64,000 nt of DNA from Polyangiaceae bacterium (GTDB lineage Bacteria; Myxococcota_A; Polyangia; Polyangiales; Polyangiaceae): the NCBI GenBank assembly GCA_044222475.1, contig JBGANF010000011.1, forward strand, positions 32,001-96,000, written 5' to 3'. Positions 22,173-31,741 of this stretch are shown piece after piece. The notes under the pieces are model-generated. The model had not been told where the DNA came from. It worked only from the letters and a program-made list of their open reading frames with translations, and searched no databases. The position numbers and the translations under genes are program-made. Numbering within the stretch: position 1 is the first letter of the stretch; each line of letters starts with the position of its first letter.

Positions 22173-23768
22173 ATGCGGTTCGCATCCTCCTTCGCTCTCG
22201 TGATACCCGTCGCCGTCGCGGTCGCCATCTCGTGTGGCTCGGATCCTGCGTCGACGTTTCAGCCGGATGGGGGGATCGACGCCACCTCCGACACCGGCCC
22301 GTCCTGCAAGGCCGGCGAGACGCAGTGCGGCAACGCCTGTGCCGACGTGAAGTCCGACCCGAACCACTGCGGCTCGTGCACCGTCGCGTGTCTCGGCGGC
22401 GACCTGTGCTGCGCCGGACATTGCGTGAAGTCGACCGGCTGCGATTTCGCGGTGACTGGAACCAACCCGCTCCGGGGCAACCAAAGCGGCGGCGACTGGG
22501 TGACCCTCACTGGGAGTGGCTTCACCGCCGACATGCAAATCTACATCGGGGACGGTCGAGCGCCGGTTCGCATGATCGACGCGAACAACGCCATCATCCA
22601 GACCCCGCCCGGTCCGGTCGGCACCTACGACATCACGTTGATCTCGTCCAAGGGGACGTCGCTCACCCGGAACCTCTTCACGTACGTGTCGGCGGGGCTC
22701 AAGCTCCCGTGGCAGAAGAAGCCGATGGCGGCCGTCCGCGGCGAGCACCCCGGCATTGCCGTCATGCAGGACGGTCGCGTCCTCGTTGCCGGCGGTACGA
22801 CCGTGCCCGACCAACCTGCAAGCGGGCTCGCGACCGCGGAGATCTACACGCGGACGTCGGACTCGGTGACCCTCGCGAAGAACTCGATGAGCAGCAAGCG
22901 CTGGCGCGACGCCGCGGTCACCATGCTCGACGGTCGTGTTCTCGTCGTCGGCGCCGCGGAGTGCACCGGGCCGCAGTGCAGCACCGCCGACCTGTTCGAT
23001 CCGAAGACCGACACGTTCACCCCGACGAAGGGCCTGACGACGGCTGCGCTCAACTTCGTCTGGGGAGTGCTCCTCGTGGACGGTCGGGTCATGTTGACCT
23101 CCGCCAACGCGGCGACGGTGGACATCTACGATCCTGCGACCGACACGTTCTCGTCCGTCCCGCTCAAGGTCGTTCACCGGTTCGGGCAACGCATCGTCCG
23201 CCTGCGCGACGGCCGGGTCATGGTCATGGGCGGCGACGGCTGCAATGGCGCTTGTGGTCTGGCCCAGAAGGACGCCGAGATCTGGGATCCCAAAACGGGA
23301 CAATTCACGGTGACCGGATCGATGATCGAAGGGCGCTCTCAGTTCACCGCGCACACGCTCCCCGACGGGCGCGTGATGGTGTTCGGTGGGGCGAGCAGCT
23401 CCGCGGGTGGCGTCAACGCGCCGATGAAGGGGATCGAAGCGTACGACCCCAAGACGGGCCTCTGGACCAAGATGACCTACGAGCTCAGCGTCGGGCGCAC
23501 GTGGCAGGCGAGTGCCCTCGTTCGCGACGGCTCGATCCTCGTCATGGGCGGGTACACGAACGTGAGCTGCACGCCGTCGTCGTCGGTCGACCAAGTCGAC
23601 CCGGTCGCGGGAACGGTGGCGTCGTTCGGCACTCTGCCGACGGCGAACACGGAGTGGAACGCCGTGACCCTGCTCGACGGCTCGGTTCTCGGAGTCGGCG
23701 GCGGTGCGTGTGGCGGCGTGGCCTTGCCCGATCTCGACTTCCTCCCCGGCGAGCCGCTCCCGAACTGA
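22173..23768 (+). CDS. Kelch-repeat lipoprotein with IPT/TIG domain
   Basis: Lipobox AISC, DPNHCGSC, GGDWVTLTGSGF (IPT), repeated LxDGRVLVxGG (Kelch). Confidence 0.88.
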   Translation: MRFASSFALVIPVAVAVAISCGSDPASTFQPDGGIDATSDTGPSCKAGETQCGNACADVKSDPNHCGSCTVACLGGDLCCAGHCVKSTGCDFAVTGTNPLRGNQSGGDWVTLTGSGFTADMQIYIGDGRAPVRMIDANNAIIQTPPGPVGTYDITLISSKGTSLTRNLFTYVSAGLKLPWQKKPMAAVRGEHPGIAVMQDGRVLVAGGTTVPDQPASGLATAEIYTRTSDSVTLAKNSMSSKRWRDAAVTMLDGRVLVVGAAECTGPQCSTADLFDPKTDTFTPTKGLTTAALNFVWGVLLVDGRVMLTSANAATVDIYDPATDTFSSVPLKVVHRFGQRIVRLRDGRVMVMGGDGCNGACGLAQKDAEIWDPKTGQFTVTGSMIEGRSQFTAHTLPDGRVMVFGGASSSAGGVNAPMKGIEAYDPKTGLWTKMTYELSVGRTWQASALVRDGSILVMGGYTNVSCTPSSSVDQVDPVAGTVASFGTLPTANTEWNAVTLLDGSVLGVGGGACGGVALPDLDFLPGEPLPN

Positions 23769-23769
23769 C

Positions 23770-24159
23770 TCACTTCGCGTGCGCGATGCACTTTCCGTTG
23801 TCGCAGCTCGCGGTGAAGTCGACGCCGAGGTTGCCCAGCTCGTCTTCGGGCTGGGCGGCGCAACCGCACGCGGGGCACGACGCAGTTCGAGCTCCGACCT
23901 CGTTGGCGAGCGCGTCCTTCGACGTCGTCACGACTCCGTAGGCGATGTCCTTGCAGCAGGACACCGGGATCAGGATGAAGGTGCACTGCGCCACCGTCGT
24001 ACAGGTCTTGGCGGCGGCAAGCGACGTCGGCGGACCGTACGTGCACGCCGAGGCGTCGCCCCCGGCGTCGGTCTTGGCGTCTGCGCCCGCGTCGCCCGCC
24101 GGAGACAGGGAGCCGCCGCACGCGATCAGGACGAGAGAGAAGACGACGGCGCTTCGCAT
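23770..24159 (-). CDS. Small Cys-rich lipoprotein
   Basis: Lipobox LIAC; about 10 further Cys. Confidence 0.72.
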   Translation of the reverse strand: MRSAVVFSLVLIACGGSLSPAGDAGADAKTDAGGDASACTYGPPTSLAAAKTCTTVAQCTFILIPVSCCKDIAYGVVTTSKDALANEVGARTASCPACGCAAQPEDELGNLGVDFTASCDNGKCIAHAK

Positions 24160-25160
24160 CCTTCGAGGATAGCAGGCGAGAGGAGCGCGAGCGCCGGCTT
24201 CACGACGTCACGCACCGCGCGCCTCGCGATCTCCCGCGCTTCTTCGCACGTCACGCGACCGTGCGCGTGCCACTGATCGAGGTCGATGCCGTCGTAGGAG
24301 CGGATCGGCGCGTCGATCGTCGCTTGCGCTGCGCGCGAGATCGACTCGGCGAACACGCGCGCGATCGCCGGTCCGCCCTCGCGCACGGCCCACGCGGCGA
24401 ATCCCCACGCGAGCTCGGCGTGACGCGTTTCGTCGCGCGCGATCTTGGCCAGGACGCGGCGCGCTGCCGCATCCGTCGTTCGCCCGAGCTGCTCCGCGGC
24501 GAGCGCGGCGCCGAGCGTCTCTCCGACGCACCCTTCCTCCGCCGCGATCCGCGCGATCTCGGCGAGCGTCGTCGCTCCGAGGGCATCGCTCACGACGAGC
24601 GGCGCGGGACCCGCGCTCGCGCCGCCGTAGCGCTTCGCGAGCGCGAAGCAGGCGCGCGCATGCTGGATCTCGTCGATGCCGGCGCGTTGGGACGCGAGCA
24701 CGAGATCGGGGGGCGCGCCGAGCGAGAGCATCTGCATCGTGAGGCGCGCGAACGCCGCGATCGACGCGTGCTCTTCCAGCGCGTCGCGGAGCCACGCCTC
24801 GGCGAGCATCGCTCGGGTGCGGTCGTCGAGGACGACGGGGGCGGACTCGAGGTCGAGATCCCAATCGGCGCGGGCGATCGTCGTCGCGGACCGCATCGAG
24901 GAGCCGATGAGGAACGGGCGGCGCACGGTGAGCGAGATGCACCCGCCGTCGCCGTCGGGCACGGTACCGGGCGGACACGCATCGGTCGCGGCGTCGGCCG
25001 CGCCTTCAGCGACGGCATCCGTCGACGCATCGGCCTTCGACGCGTCGGCGGATGCGTCGGCCGACGCGTCGAGGTTCTGGTTCACCGTGCCAGTGCTACC
25101 GCACGCGGCGATGGCGGACGTGATGAGGACGAGCAGGGAGCGGGAGGTGGCTTGACGCAT
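24126..25160 (-). CDS. Ferritin-like (di-iron) domain lipoprotein
   Basis: Lipobox IAAC; EEHASIAAF, DEIQHA, EEGCVGET, DETRHAELAW. Confidence 0.82.
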   Translation of the reverse strand: MRQATSRSLLVLITSAIAACGSTGTVNQNLDASADASADASKADASTDAVAEGAADAATDACPPGTVPDGDGGCISLTVRRPFLIGSSMRSATTIARADWDLDLESAPVVLDDRTRAMLAEAWLRDALEEHASIAAFARLTMQMLSLGAPPDLVLASQRAGIDEIQHARACFALAKRYGGASAGPAPLVVSDALGATTLAEIARIAAEEGCVGETLGAALAAEQLGRTTDAAARRVLAKIARDETRHAELAWGFAAWAVREGGPAIARVFAESISRAAQATIDAPIRSYDGIDLDQWHAHGRVTCEEAREIARRAVRDVVKPALALLSPAILEGCEAPSSSLSS

Positions 25161-25205
25161 GGAACTCCATGGTCGCACACCGGCTCGTCCGTCACGAAAA
25201 GGTGA

Positions 25206-25802
25206 TCACTTGCACTTGCCGGACTCGTCGCCCGCGCAGCGCCAGGTCTTCGTCTGGCCGTTGACGCTGATCGTCACCTTGCCGAACTGGCCGGCCGTCT
25301 TCTCGACCGAGTTGATGAGGCGCGGCGGGTCGCACGTGCCGCCGAACGTGAGCGTGCCCTTGAGATCCAGGGTGAACGTGCCGTCCGGGCCGTCCTTCAC
25401 CGACCCGACGGTGAGCTTCGATTTCATCTCGCCGAGGAGCTTCGTGATCGCCTCGACGATCTGACCCTTCTTGTCCGTCGCGGTGAGGGTGACGGCGCGG
25501 GGGACGAGCCAATCGTCGCACCCGATCTTCGTCGCGCCCGGCTGCTTCGCGCCTGCCGTGGGGTCGGTCGCGACGAGGAAGAGCATCGGACCGGTCGGGG
25601 CCGGGGCTGCGCTCGCCGTCGCGCTGGGCGTGGCGCTCGGAGTCACCGCCGCGCTGGCAGTTGCGCTGGGCGTCGTGTCCGCGGCGGTGGTGCTCGCGGC
25701 CGCGCTAGCGCTCGGCGTGGGAGCGGTGTCGGGCGGCGGCGACTGGCCGTTGTTGCACGCGACGAGGACGGCGAAACAGGCGAGGGAGAGAAGCTTGTTC
25801 AT
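25206..25802 (-). CDS. Lipoprotein with Ala/Thr/Pro-rich linker
   Basis: Lipobox LVAC; TPSATASAA repeats; 4-Cys C-terminal domain. Confidence 0.75.
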   Translation of the reverse strand: MNKLLSLACFAVLVACNNGQSPPPDTAPTPSASAAASTTAADTTPSATASAAVTPSATPSATASAAPAPTGPMLFLVATDPTAGAKQPGATKIGCDDWLVPRAVTLTATDKKGQIVEAITKLLGEMKSKLTVGSVKDGPDGTFTLDLKGTLTFGGTCDPPRLINSVEKTAGQFGKVTISVNGQTKTWRCAGDESGKCK

Positions 25803-25806
25803 GGGC

Positions 25807-26391
25807 TCACGGGGGTGGGGCGCAGACCCAGCGGTCCGCGAGGTAGCGAGAGACGTTGCGGGCGAGGACGAGGCCGGCGGCGCGCATGCGGCCTCCGGAC
25901 GAAAAGTCCTGGGTCTTGGCGTTCGTGCGGATCTCGTCGAGCACTTGCTGTCCGGTCGGATCGAGGACCTGGATGATCAGGATCGCTTCCGCCGGTCGCG
26001 AGCTCACCCAGACGTTGTAGCCGGGCTCCCAGAACACGAAGTTCGGGCGCATCACGAAGACGTTCGGGTTCGCGGTCACCACTGCACCGGGCGGCGGCGG
26101 CGGAATCGTCATGTCGCCTCGGCGCTCGTGGAGGGCTTCGCGGAAGTAGCCGGCGAAGTCGGCCTTGTCCTGAAGGTAGCTCTCGCGCGAGTCGGGCTTC
26201 TTGTCCATGAAGTACTCGGCCTCGCTCTTGCCGCCGACCTGCAGGTTGTCCATGTGAACGTCTTCGACGATCACGCGGCACCCTGGCTGGACGAACGGGT
26301 TGGGCGTCGCCTCGCGGAGGACCACGTACGGCTTGCTGCACGCAACGGCGAACATCGCGAGCGGAATCGCGAGGAGATGGCGCTTCTGCAT
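25807..26391 (-). CDS. Hypothetical lipoprotein
   Basis: MQKRHLLAIPLAMFAVAC lipobox; GC3-rich frame. Confidence 0.72.
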   Translation of the reverse strand: MQKRHLLAIPLAMFAVACSKPYVVLREATPNPFVQPGCRVIVEDVHMDNLQVGGKSEAEYFMDKKPDSRESYLQDKADFAGYFREALHERRGDMTIPPPPPGAVVTANPNVFVMRPNFVFWEPGYNVWVSSRPAEAILIIQVLDPTGQQVLDEIRTNAKTQDFSSGGRMRAAGLVLARNVSRYLADRWVCAPPP

Positions 26392-26435
26392 GGCGACAGT
26401 CGTAGCCGAACGTCCGACGCTGGGGAAGGGCGTGC

Positions 26436-27188
26436 TCAGCCCGGCTTCACGCGCGCGAGCGCGTAGCCGACGAAGAACGGTCCCATCTGGACGATGAACT
26501 CGCTCGTCTGCCGCGTCTTGCGCATCGATTGCACGAGGTGCGAGAGCGGGTGCAGCTCCTTGCCGACGAGGCCGATCACGAACTCGTTGTCCTTCGCGTC
26601 GAGCCCGTGGCACGCGAGCCGCACGTCGTGGGCGAGCTCGAGCTGTCCGTACGCGTGACCGATCGCGCCGTGCTCGCGCATCATGCCGCTGACCTCTTGG
26701 GGATCGAGGCGCGCGAAGGCGCCGCTTCGGCGGAGCGGGTACCAGACGTGCCAGGGCGTGTCCTCGGCGAGGACGTTCTTCACCGGATGCTCGAGCAGCC
26801 AGTGAAGAAGGTCGGGCTCGTGGCCGATCGCGTACGTGCGACCGATCATCGCGAAGTCCGGCCGCATCGTCGCGTTCCCGAGGATCGTCGCGAACAACGG
26901 CCTCACGTCGCGCACGAAGATCGCCGGGTCCTCGCTCCACGTGAGCAAGCCCACGCCGCGCGGGTCCATGGCGTCGGCGTACACGACGCCGCCCACTTTG
27001 CGATCCTTCAGGGCGGCGGCGAGGTCCTTGACCTTTGCGTCCACCTCTCCCGCCGGGAGATCGAACACGAGCAGCTGCATGAAGAGGCGGCGGTTCGCCT
27101 TCTGTCGTTCGCCGTCCTTCTTTCCGCCGTACTCGTTGACGTCGATGGTGGGGAGCCCGGGTGCCTTCTCGGTCGTTTGCGTCGTCAT
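26436..27188 (-). CDS. Chlorite dismutase / coproheme decarboxylase (ChdC/HemQ) family heme protein
   Basis: YPLRR, MMREHGAIG, CHGLD..DNEFVI, LVQSMR, GPFFVG. Confidence 0.8.
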   Translation of the reverse strand: MTTQTTEKAPGLPTIDVNEYGGKKDGERQKANRRLFMQLLVFDLPAGEVDAKVKDLAAALKDRKVGGVVYADAMDPRGVGLLTWSEDPAIFVRDVRPLFATILGNATMRPDFAMIGRTYAIGHEPDLLHWLLEHPVKNVLAEDTPWHVWYPLRRSGAFARLDPQEVSGMMREHGAIGHAYGQLELAHDVRLACHGLDAKDNEFVIGLVGKELHPLSHLVQSMRKTRQTSEFIVQMGPFFVGYALARVKPG

Positions 27189-27219
27189 GTTTCCGCGGCT
27201 AGTGTCCCAGGCGCGACTC

Positions 27220-28680
27220 ATGAAGACAAGCGCGGGCCGGGGGGTCGTCGTCATCGCGATCCTCCTCGCGACGTTCATGGCGGCGATGGAGGCCACGGTC
27301 ATCGGCACCGCGATGCCGACCGTCGTGGGCGACCTCGGAGGGCTGGAGCTCTACGGCTGGGTAGGGGCCATCTACATGCTCGCCGCCACCGTCACGATGC
27401 CGGTCTACGGCAAGCTCGCCGACGTCTTCGGGCGAAAGCCAGTGATGCTCTTCGGGATCTGCGTGTTCCTCGCCGGCTCCGCGGCGAGCGGGCTCGCCCG
27501 GTCGATGGTGATGCTCATCGTGATGCGGGGGATCCAGGGCCTCGGCGCCGGAGGGATCCAGCCGATCTCGATGACGATCCTCGGTGACATCTACACCCCG
27601 GCCGAGCGTGCTCGGATCCAAGCGCTGTTCGGTGGAGTCTGGGGCGTCGCCGGGATCGCCGGGCCGTTGCTCGGCGGGCTCATCGTCCATGCGCTGTCGT
27701 GGCGCTGGGTGTTCTACGTGAACGTGCCGTTCGGCGCCCTCGCCGCGGCGCTCCTCGTCTTCCGGTATCGCGAGAAGCTCGAGCAGCCGGCGAAGCGCCC
27801 GCCGATCGACGTGCTCGGTGCGCTCCTGCTCTCCGCGTTCGTGCTCACGCTCTTGGGCGGCGCGCGCGGCTCGATCGCGCTGCTCGCGGCGTCGGCCATC
27901 GCGCTGGTTCTTTTCGTCGTGGCCGAGCGCCGTCATCCCTCGCCGATGTTGCCGATCGACCTCCTCACGCGACGGCTCATCGCCGTGTCGAGCGCGTGCG
28001 GTGCGCTGCTCGGCGCGGTCATGAGCGCGGTCGTGATCTACGTTCCGCTGTACGTCCAGTCCGTGCTCTTGCGGAGCGCGACCATGGCCGGCACGACCGT
28101 CGCGCCCATGCTCGTCGGTTGGCCGCTCGCGTCCGCGTTGTCCGGCAGAATGCTGCTGCGCACCGGGCCGCGACCGCTGGTACGAGTCGGTCTCGCCGCC
28201 GTGGCGGTGTCGGCCGTCGTCATCGATCGCGTGATCGCCGGTGGCGGCTCGATCATCGCCCTCCAGGTGACGATGTTCTTCGTCGGCATCGGGATGGGCC
28301 TCGCGAACACCGCGTTGCTCATCGCGGTGCAGGAGAGCGTCGGCTTCGCCCAACGAGGCGTGGCGACTGCGACCACGATGTTCTTCCGCACCATCGGCGG
28401 CGCGCTGGCGGTCGGCATTCTGGGTTCGCTTCTCGCTTCGGTTCTCGCGGGGCGCGTCCCCGAAGAGATCCTCGACGAGCTCCTCGGTCCGGAGCACGGG
28501 CGCACGCTCGCTCCCGAGCTCGTCCGCACGATCGGAGGAGTCCTCCAGAGCGGGATGACCACGCTCTTCCACGTCGTCGCCGGGGTCAGCGTCGCCGGTA
28601 CCCTGCTGGCAGTGGTCTTCCCCGACGTGAAGCTCGACACTCAGCGCACGTCGTCGAAGTCGACGACGAGCGGAGCGTGA
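27220..28680 (+). CDS. MFS drug-resistance transporter (DHA2-like)
   Basis: MEATVIGTAMPTVVGDLGG, GKLADVFGRK, RGIQGLGAGG, WRWVFYVNVP. Confidence 0.92.
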   Translation: MKTSAGRGVVVIAILLATFMAAMEATVIGTAMPTVVGDLGGLELYGWVGAIYMLAATVTMPVYGKLADVFGRKPVMLFGICVFLAGSAASGLARSMVMLIVMRGIQGLGAGGIQPISMTILGDIYTPAERARIQALFGGVWGVAGIAGPLLGGLIVHALSWRWVFYVNVPFGALAAALLVFRYREKLEQPAKRPPIDVLGALLLSAFVLTLLGGARGSIALLAASAIALVLFVVAERRHPSPMLPIDLLTRRLIAVSSACGALLGAVMSAVVIYVPLYVQSVLLRSATMAGTTVAPMLVGWPLASALSGRMLLRTGPRPLVRVGLAAVAVSAVVIDRVIAGGGSIIALQVTMFFVGIGMGLANTALLIAVQESVGFAQRGVATATTMFFRTIGGALAVGILGSLLASVLAGRVPEEILDELLGPEHGRTLAPELVRTIGGVLQSGMTTLFHVVAGVSVAGTLLAVVFPDVKLDTQRTSSKSTTSGA

Positions 28681-29402
28681 TCGCTCGCCCCGAAATCGCG
28701 TAGCACCCGCGCCGCGGTCGCACGCTCGGCGAGCGCGGTGGAGGCGAGGACCATGTCGAGCCTCCACCCGATGTTCTTCTGCCGCGAGTTGCGCCAGTAC
28801 GGCCACCACGTGAACAGCGCGTCGTCGTCGGGAGCGAGCTTTCGCCCGACGTCGACGAGACCACCGGCGATGAGCCCTTCGAGGAGCGCGCGCTCGGCGG
28901 CGCGCTGACCGATCGACTCTTTCACGCGGAGGCTCTTGTGGACGTCGACGTCGGTGCGCGCGATGTTGATGTCACCGGCGATGACGACCGTCTTGTCGCC
29001 GAAGGACTTCGCGTAACCCTGGATGGCCTCGAAGAACTCGATCTTCGCGTCGTAGTCCTTGCCCCCGTTGGGCGCGTAGACCGAGACGAACACGGCGTCG
29101 TCGGTGTGGGCCTCGACCACTCGGTTCTCGGCGTCGAAGCGCGGGTGAGCTCGCTTCGGCGCGGCGGGGAAGCGGCTCTTGCGGAGGTGGATGCTCACGC
29201 CCGAGTAGCCTTTCGTGTTGCCGTGCCACAGCGAGTGGTAGTCGAGCAGCCCCGTGAGACCGTAGAGGTTCGGCGAGAGCTGATCCGTCGTCGCCTTGAT
29301 CTCCTGGAAGCATGCGACGTCGGGCTTCTCCTTCTCGAGCAGCTCGAGCACCTGCGCTTCGCGGGCACGGATGCCGTTGACGTTCCAAGTGAGCACGCGC
29401 AT
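28641..29402 (-). CDS. xth: Exodeoxyribonuclease III
   Basis: TWNVNGIRAR, QEIK, GYSGV, YAPNG, GDIN, FTWW...GWRLD, SDHAP. Confidence 0.93.
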   Translation of the reverse strand: MRVLTWNVNGIRAREAQVLELLEKEKPDVACFQEIKATTDQLSPNLYGLTGLLDYHSLWHGNTKGYSGVSIHLRKSRFPAAPKRAHPRFDAENRVVEAHTDDAVFVSVYAPNGGKDYDAKIEFFEAIQGYAKSFGDKTVVIAGDINIARTDVDVHKSLRVKESIGQRAAERALLEGLIAGGLVDVGRKLAPDDDALFTWWPYWRNSRQKNIGWRLDMVLASTALAERATAARVLRDFGASDHAPLVVDFDDVR

Positions 29403-29416
29403 GAGGGGACCCTACG

Positions 29417-30214
29417 CTAGGGCGCCGACGTCGAGAAGTCGTCGTAGGTGTGGACGCCGGCGACGCCGTCGCCGCCCGAGAATCCGACTGCGCCGGCGGT
29501 CGTGATCCGGTCGGGATCGGTGTCCGAGATGGTCTGCTTGAACAGCAGCGCCCACTGCGATGGCGCCGTCAGCGCTTCGATGCTCGCGGTGACGACCACT
29601 GGGCTCGTGCCGACCGCCGAGAGGCTGAAGCGGTACGTCTTCCCCTCGGTGAGCTGCGGCGAGATCGTGATGGCGCTGAGCGACGTCACGAACACGGAGC
29701 CGCGCTGGCGCGCGATCCGCGCGAGCGTGGGGCTGTCGTCCACGTAGAGCAGGTAGCTGTCGAGCGTGTCGGGGATCGCCGCCGAGATGCTCTGCACCCG
29801 GACGTGGATCTGCGGGTAGTTGGGCGACGCAGCGGTGGGGCTGAACGTCACCGTCATCTGTGCCATCACGTCGAGGCGATCCTCGGCGGATGGGCGGTAC
29901 ACGATGTGGTCGCGGTAGCTGAGAGGGTCGCCGCCGAGCCAACGGACGGTGCCGCCCTTGAGCTCGTAGCTCGAGGGCTTCTTCACCAGCCACCCGTTCC
30001 CGATGAGCGGCCCGTCGGGGCGGTTGAAGTCGTCGAAGAACCAACGGCTCCCCGCGTCGCCCCCGGCGTCGGCGTCGGGCGCGACCGAGTCGATCGACAC
30101 CGTGTCGGATCCTGCGTCGGCGGCTCGTCCGCCCTCGAGCTCGCCGAGGCTCGGGAGCAGGCACGCGCCTGCTGCGAGAGGGAGCGCCAGGAGCAGGACG
30201 GGCCACTTCGCCAT
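29417..30214 (-). CDS. Lipoprotein with beta-sandwich (ConA-like) domain
   Basis: Lipobox AGAC; FFDDFNRPDG...GNGW start and YDDF end. Confidence 0.7.
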   Translation of the reverse strand: MAKWPVLLLALPLAAGACLLPSLGELEGGRAADAGSDTVSIDSVAPDADAGGDAGSRWFFDDFNRPDGPLIGNGWLVKKPSSYELKGGTVRWLGGDPLSYRDHIVYRPSAEDRLDVMAQMTVTFSPTAASPNYPQIHVRVQSISAAIPDTLDSYLLYVDDSPTLARIARQRGSVFVTSLSAITISPQLTEGKTYRFSLSAVGTSPVVVTASIEALTAPSQWALLFKQTISDTDPDRITTAGAVGFSGGDGVAGVHTYDDFSTSAP

Positions 30215-30229
30215 GAACCGATCAGCCTA

Positions 30230-31690
30230 TCAAGGAAGGACCGCCAAGCCCAGGTACCGACCTTCCGCGCTCGGCACGAAGCCCGCTGCGCGGGCGCTCG
30301 TCACCGCGACTTGGTCTTCGTGCCACAGCGGGACCCAATACGCTTCTTCGAGGACCCGCGCCTCGACGGCGGCGTAGATGCGCTTGCGCTCGGCGACGTC
30401 GCTCGTCTGGTCGCCGCGATCGAGCAGCGCGTCGAGCTCGGCGTCGGCGACGCGCGCACGGTTGGTCCCCGACGGAGGGACCGCCGTCGAGTGGAGGAAC
30501 GTGCGGAGGACGTTCGGTTCGGTGACCTCCGGGATCTGCAGGCTCGCCATGTCGAAGTCGCCGGCGCCCAGCCGCGCGATCAGCGCACCGAGCTCGAGCG
30601 GGCGCACCTCGACGTCGAACCCGACCTCGGAGAGCTCTTGCGCGAACACCTTCGCGATCGCGACGCGAAGGCGATCCGTCCCACAAAGGTACGTGACGTG
30701 GACGCGCGCGCCGTGGAGGAGCGCGCGCGCGCGCGGCGGGTCGGGCTCCCACCCGGGGCTCGGGGTCTTCGCCCACGACGCCGATGGGAGGAGCCCGGTC
30801 GCGATCTCGGCGCGACCTTCGAGCATGTGGGTCACGACGGGGCTGCGGTCGATCGCGAAGCGGACTGCTTGTCTCGTGTCCCGGCTCGCGAATGGCCCGC
30901 GATCGGTTCGAAAGAGCAGGTAGGCGAGGTTCGCTCCTCGGCGCGCGGTCACCTTCAACGTGGGCTCGGCTTCGAGCGCCGGAAGGAGCGCGGGCGACAC
31001 CCCGTTGATCGCGAGGTCGGCGCGCCCGCCGAGGAGGCGGAGAGCGCGGGCGTTCTCGTCCCGCACGGTGAGGAACCGGAGCGCCCGCGTGGCGGTGCCG
31101 GCGGCGTCCTTCGCCGGCCCGAGCTCGATGCGCCCGCGCTCGCGCGACGTCACGACCCATGGACCGAGGCCGTCGAGCGTCGCGGCAGCATCGGCGGGCG
31201 AGAAGGCTTCGTCGGCTCGCAGGATCGGGAGCTCCAGATCGGACAAGAGCGTCGCGTGCGGCCTGCCGAGGTGGATTCGCACGATGCGATCCCCCTCGGC
31301 GCGAACGTCGTCGATGGCCTCGACGACGCGGGCGTGGCGCGCCGCGACCTTCGGGTCGGCGAACGCGTGGAGCGTCGCGACGACGTCGGCGGCGGTCAGG
31401 GGCTTCGACGAGTGGAATCGGACGCCGCTGCGAAGGGTGACGACCAGCGTACGGTCGTCCTCCCAGGCGTACGACTCGGCGAGGTAGGGCTTCGGGGCGA
31501 GGCTGTCCGCATCGAGGCGGAAGAGCCCTGCGTGAACGAGGCGGGAGACACGCATGCCGACGGCATCGGTGACGAAGCGCGGGTCGAGGGTCTCCGCGTC
31601 GGCCGACACGAGGATCTCCAGCGCCGCGGAGTCACTCGCGGCTGGCGCGCCGCTTCGCGCGCACGACAGCGCGAGGGCTGCCAGGAGCAT
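30230..31690 (-). CDS. ABC transporter substrate-binding protein, family 5 (DppA/OppA-like)
   Basis: LALSC lipobox, TLDPRF, PYLAES, LRSGVRFH...LTAADVVAT, RQAVRFAIDR. Confidence 0.88.
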   Translation of the reverse strand: MLLAALALSCARSGAPAASDSAALEILVSADAETLDPRFVTDAVGMRVSRLVHAGLFRLDADSLAPKPYLAESYAWEDDRTLVVTLRSGVRFHSSKPLTAADVVATLHAFADPKVAARHARVVEAIDDVRAEGDRIVRIHLGRPHATLLSDLELPILRADEAFSPADAAATLDGLGPWVVTSRERGRIELGPAKDAAGTATRALRFLTVRDENARALRLLGGRADLAINGVSPALLPALEAEPTLKVTARRGANLAYLLFRTDRGPFASRDTRQAVRFAIDRSPVVTHMLEGRAEIATGLLPSASWAKTPSPGWEPDPPRARALLHGARVHVTYLCGTDRLRVAIAKVFAQELSEVGFDVEVRPLELGALIARLGAGDFDMASLQIPEVTEPNVLRTFLHSTAVPPSGTNRARVADAELDALLDRGDQTSDVAERKRIYAAVEARVLEEAYWVPLWHEDQVAVTSARAAGFVPSAEGRYLGLAVLP

Positions 31691-31741
31691 CACCACGAAG
31701 GGGACTGTCGCAAAGCTCCGCGGCGTTGTACGTACACGTCC

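Noticed and set aside
28641..28680. Convergent 3' overlap of the MFS gene and xth as antisense regulation
   Set aside because: Short convergent overlaps are common in compact high-GC genomes and nothing else supports a regulatory role.
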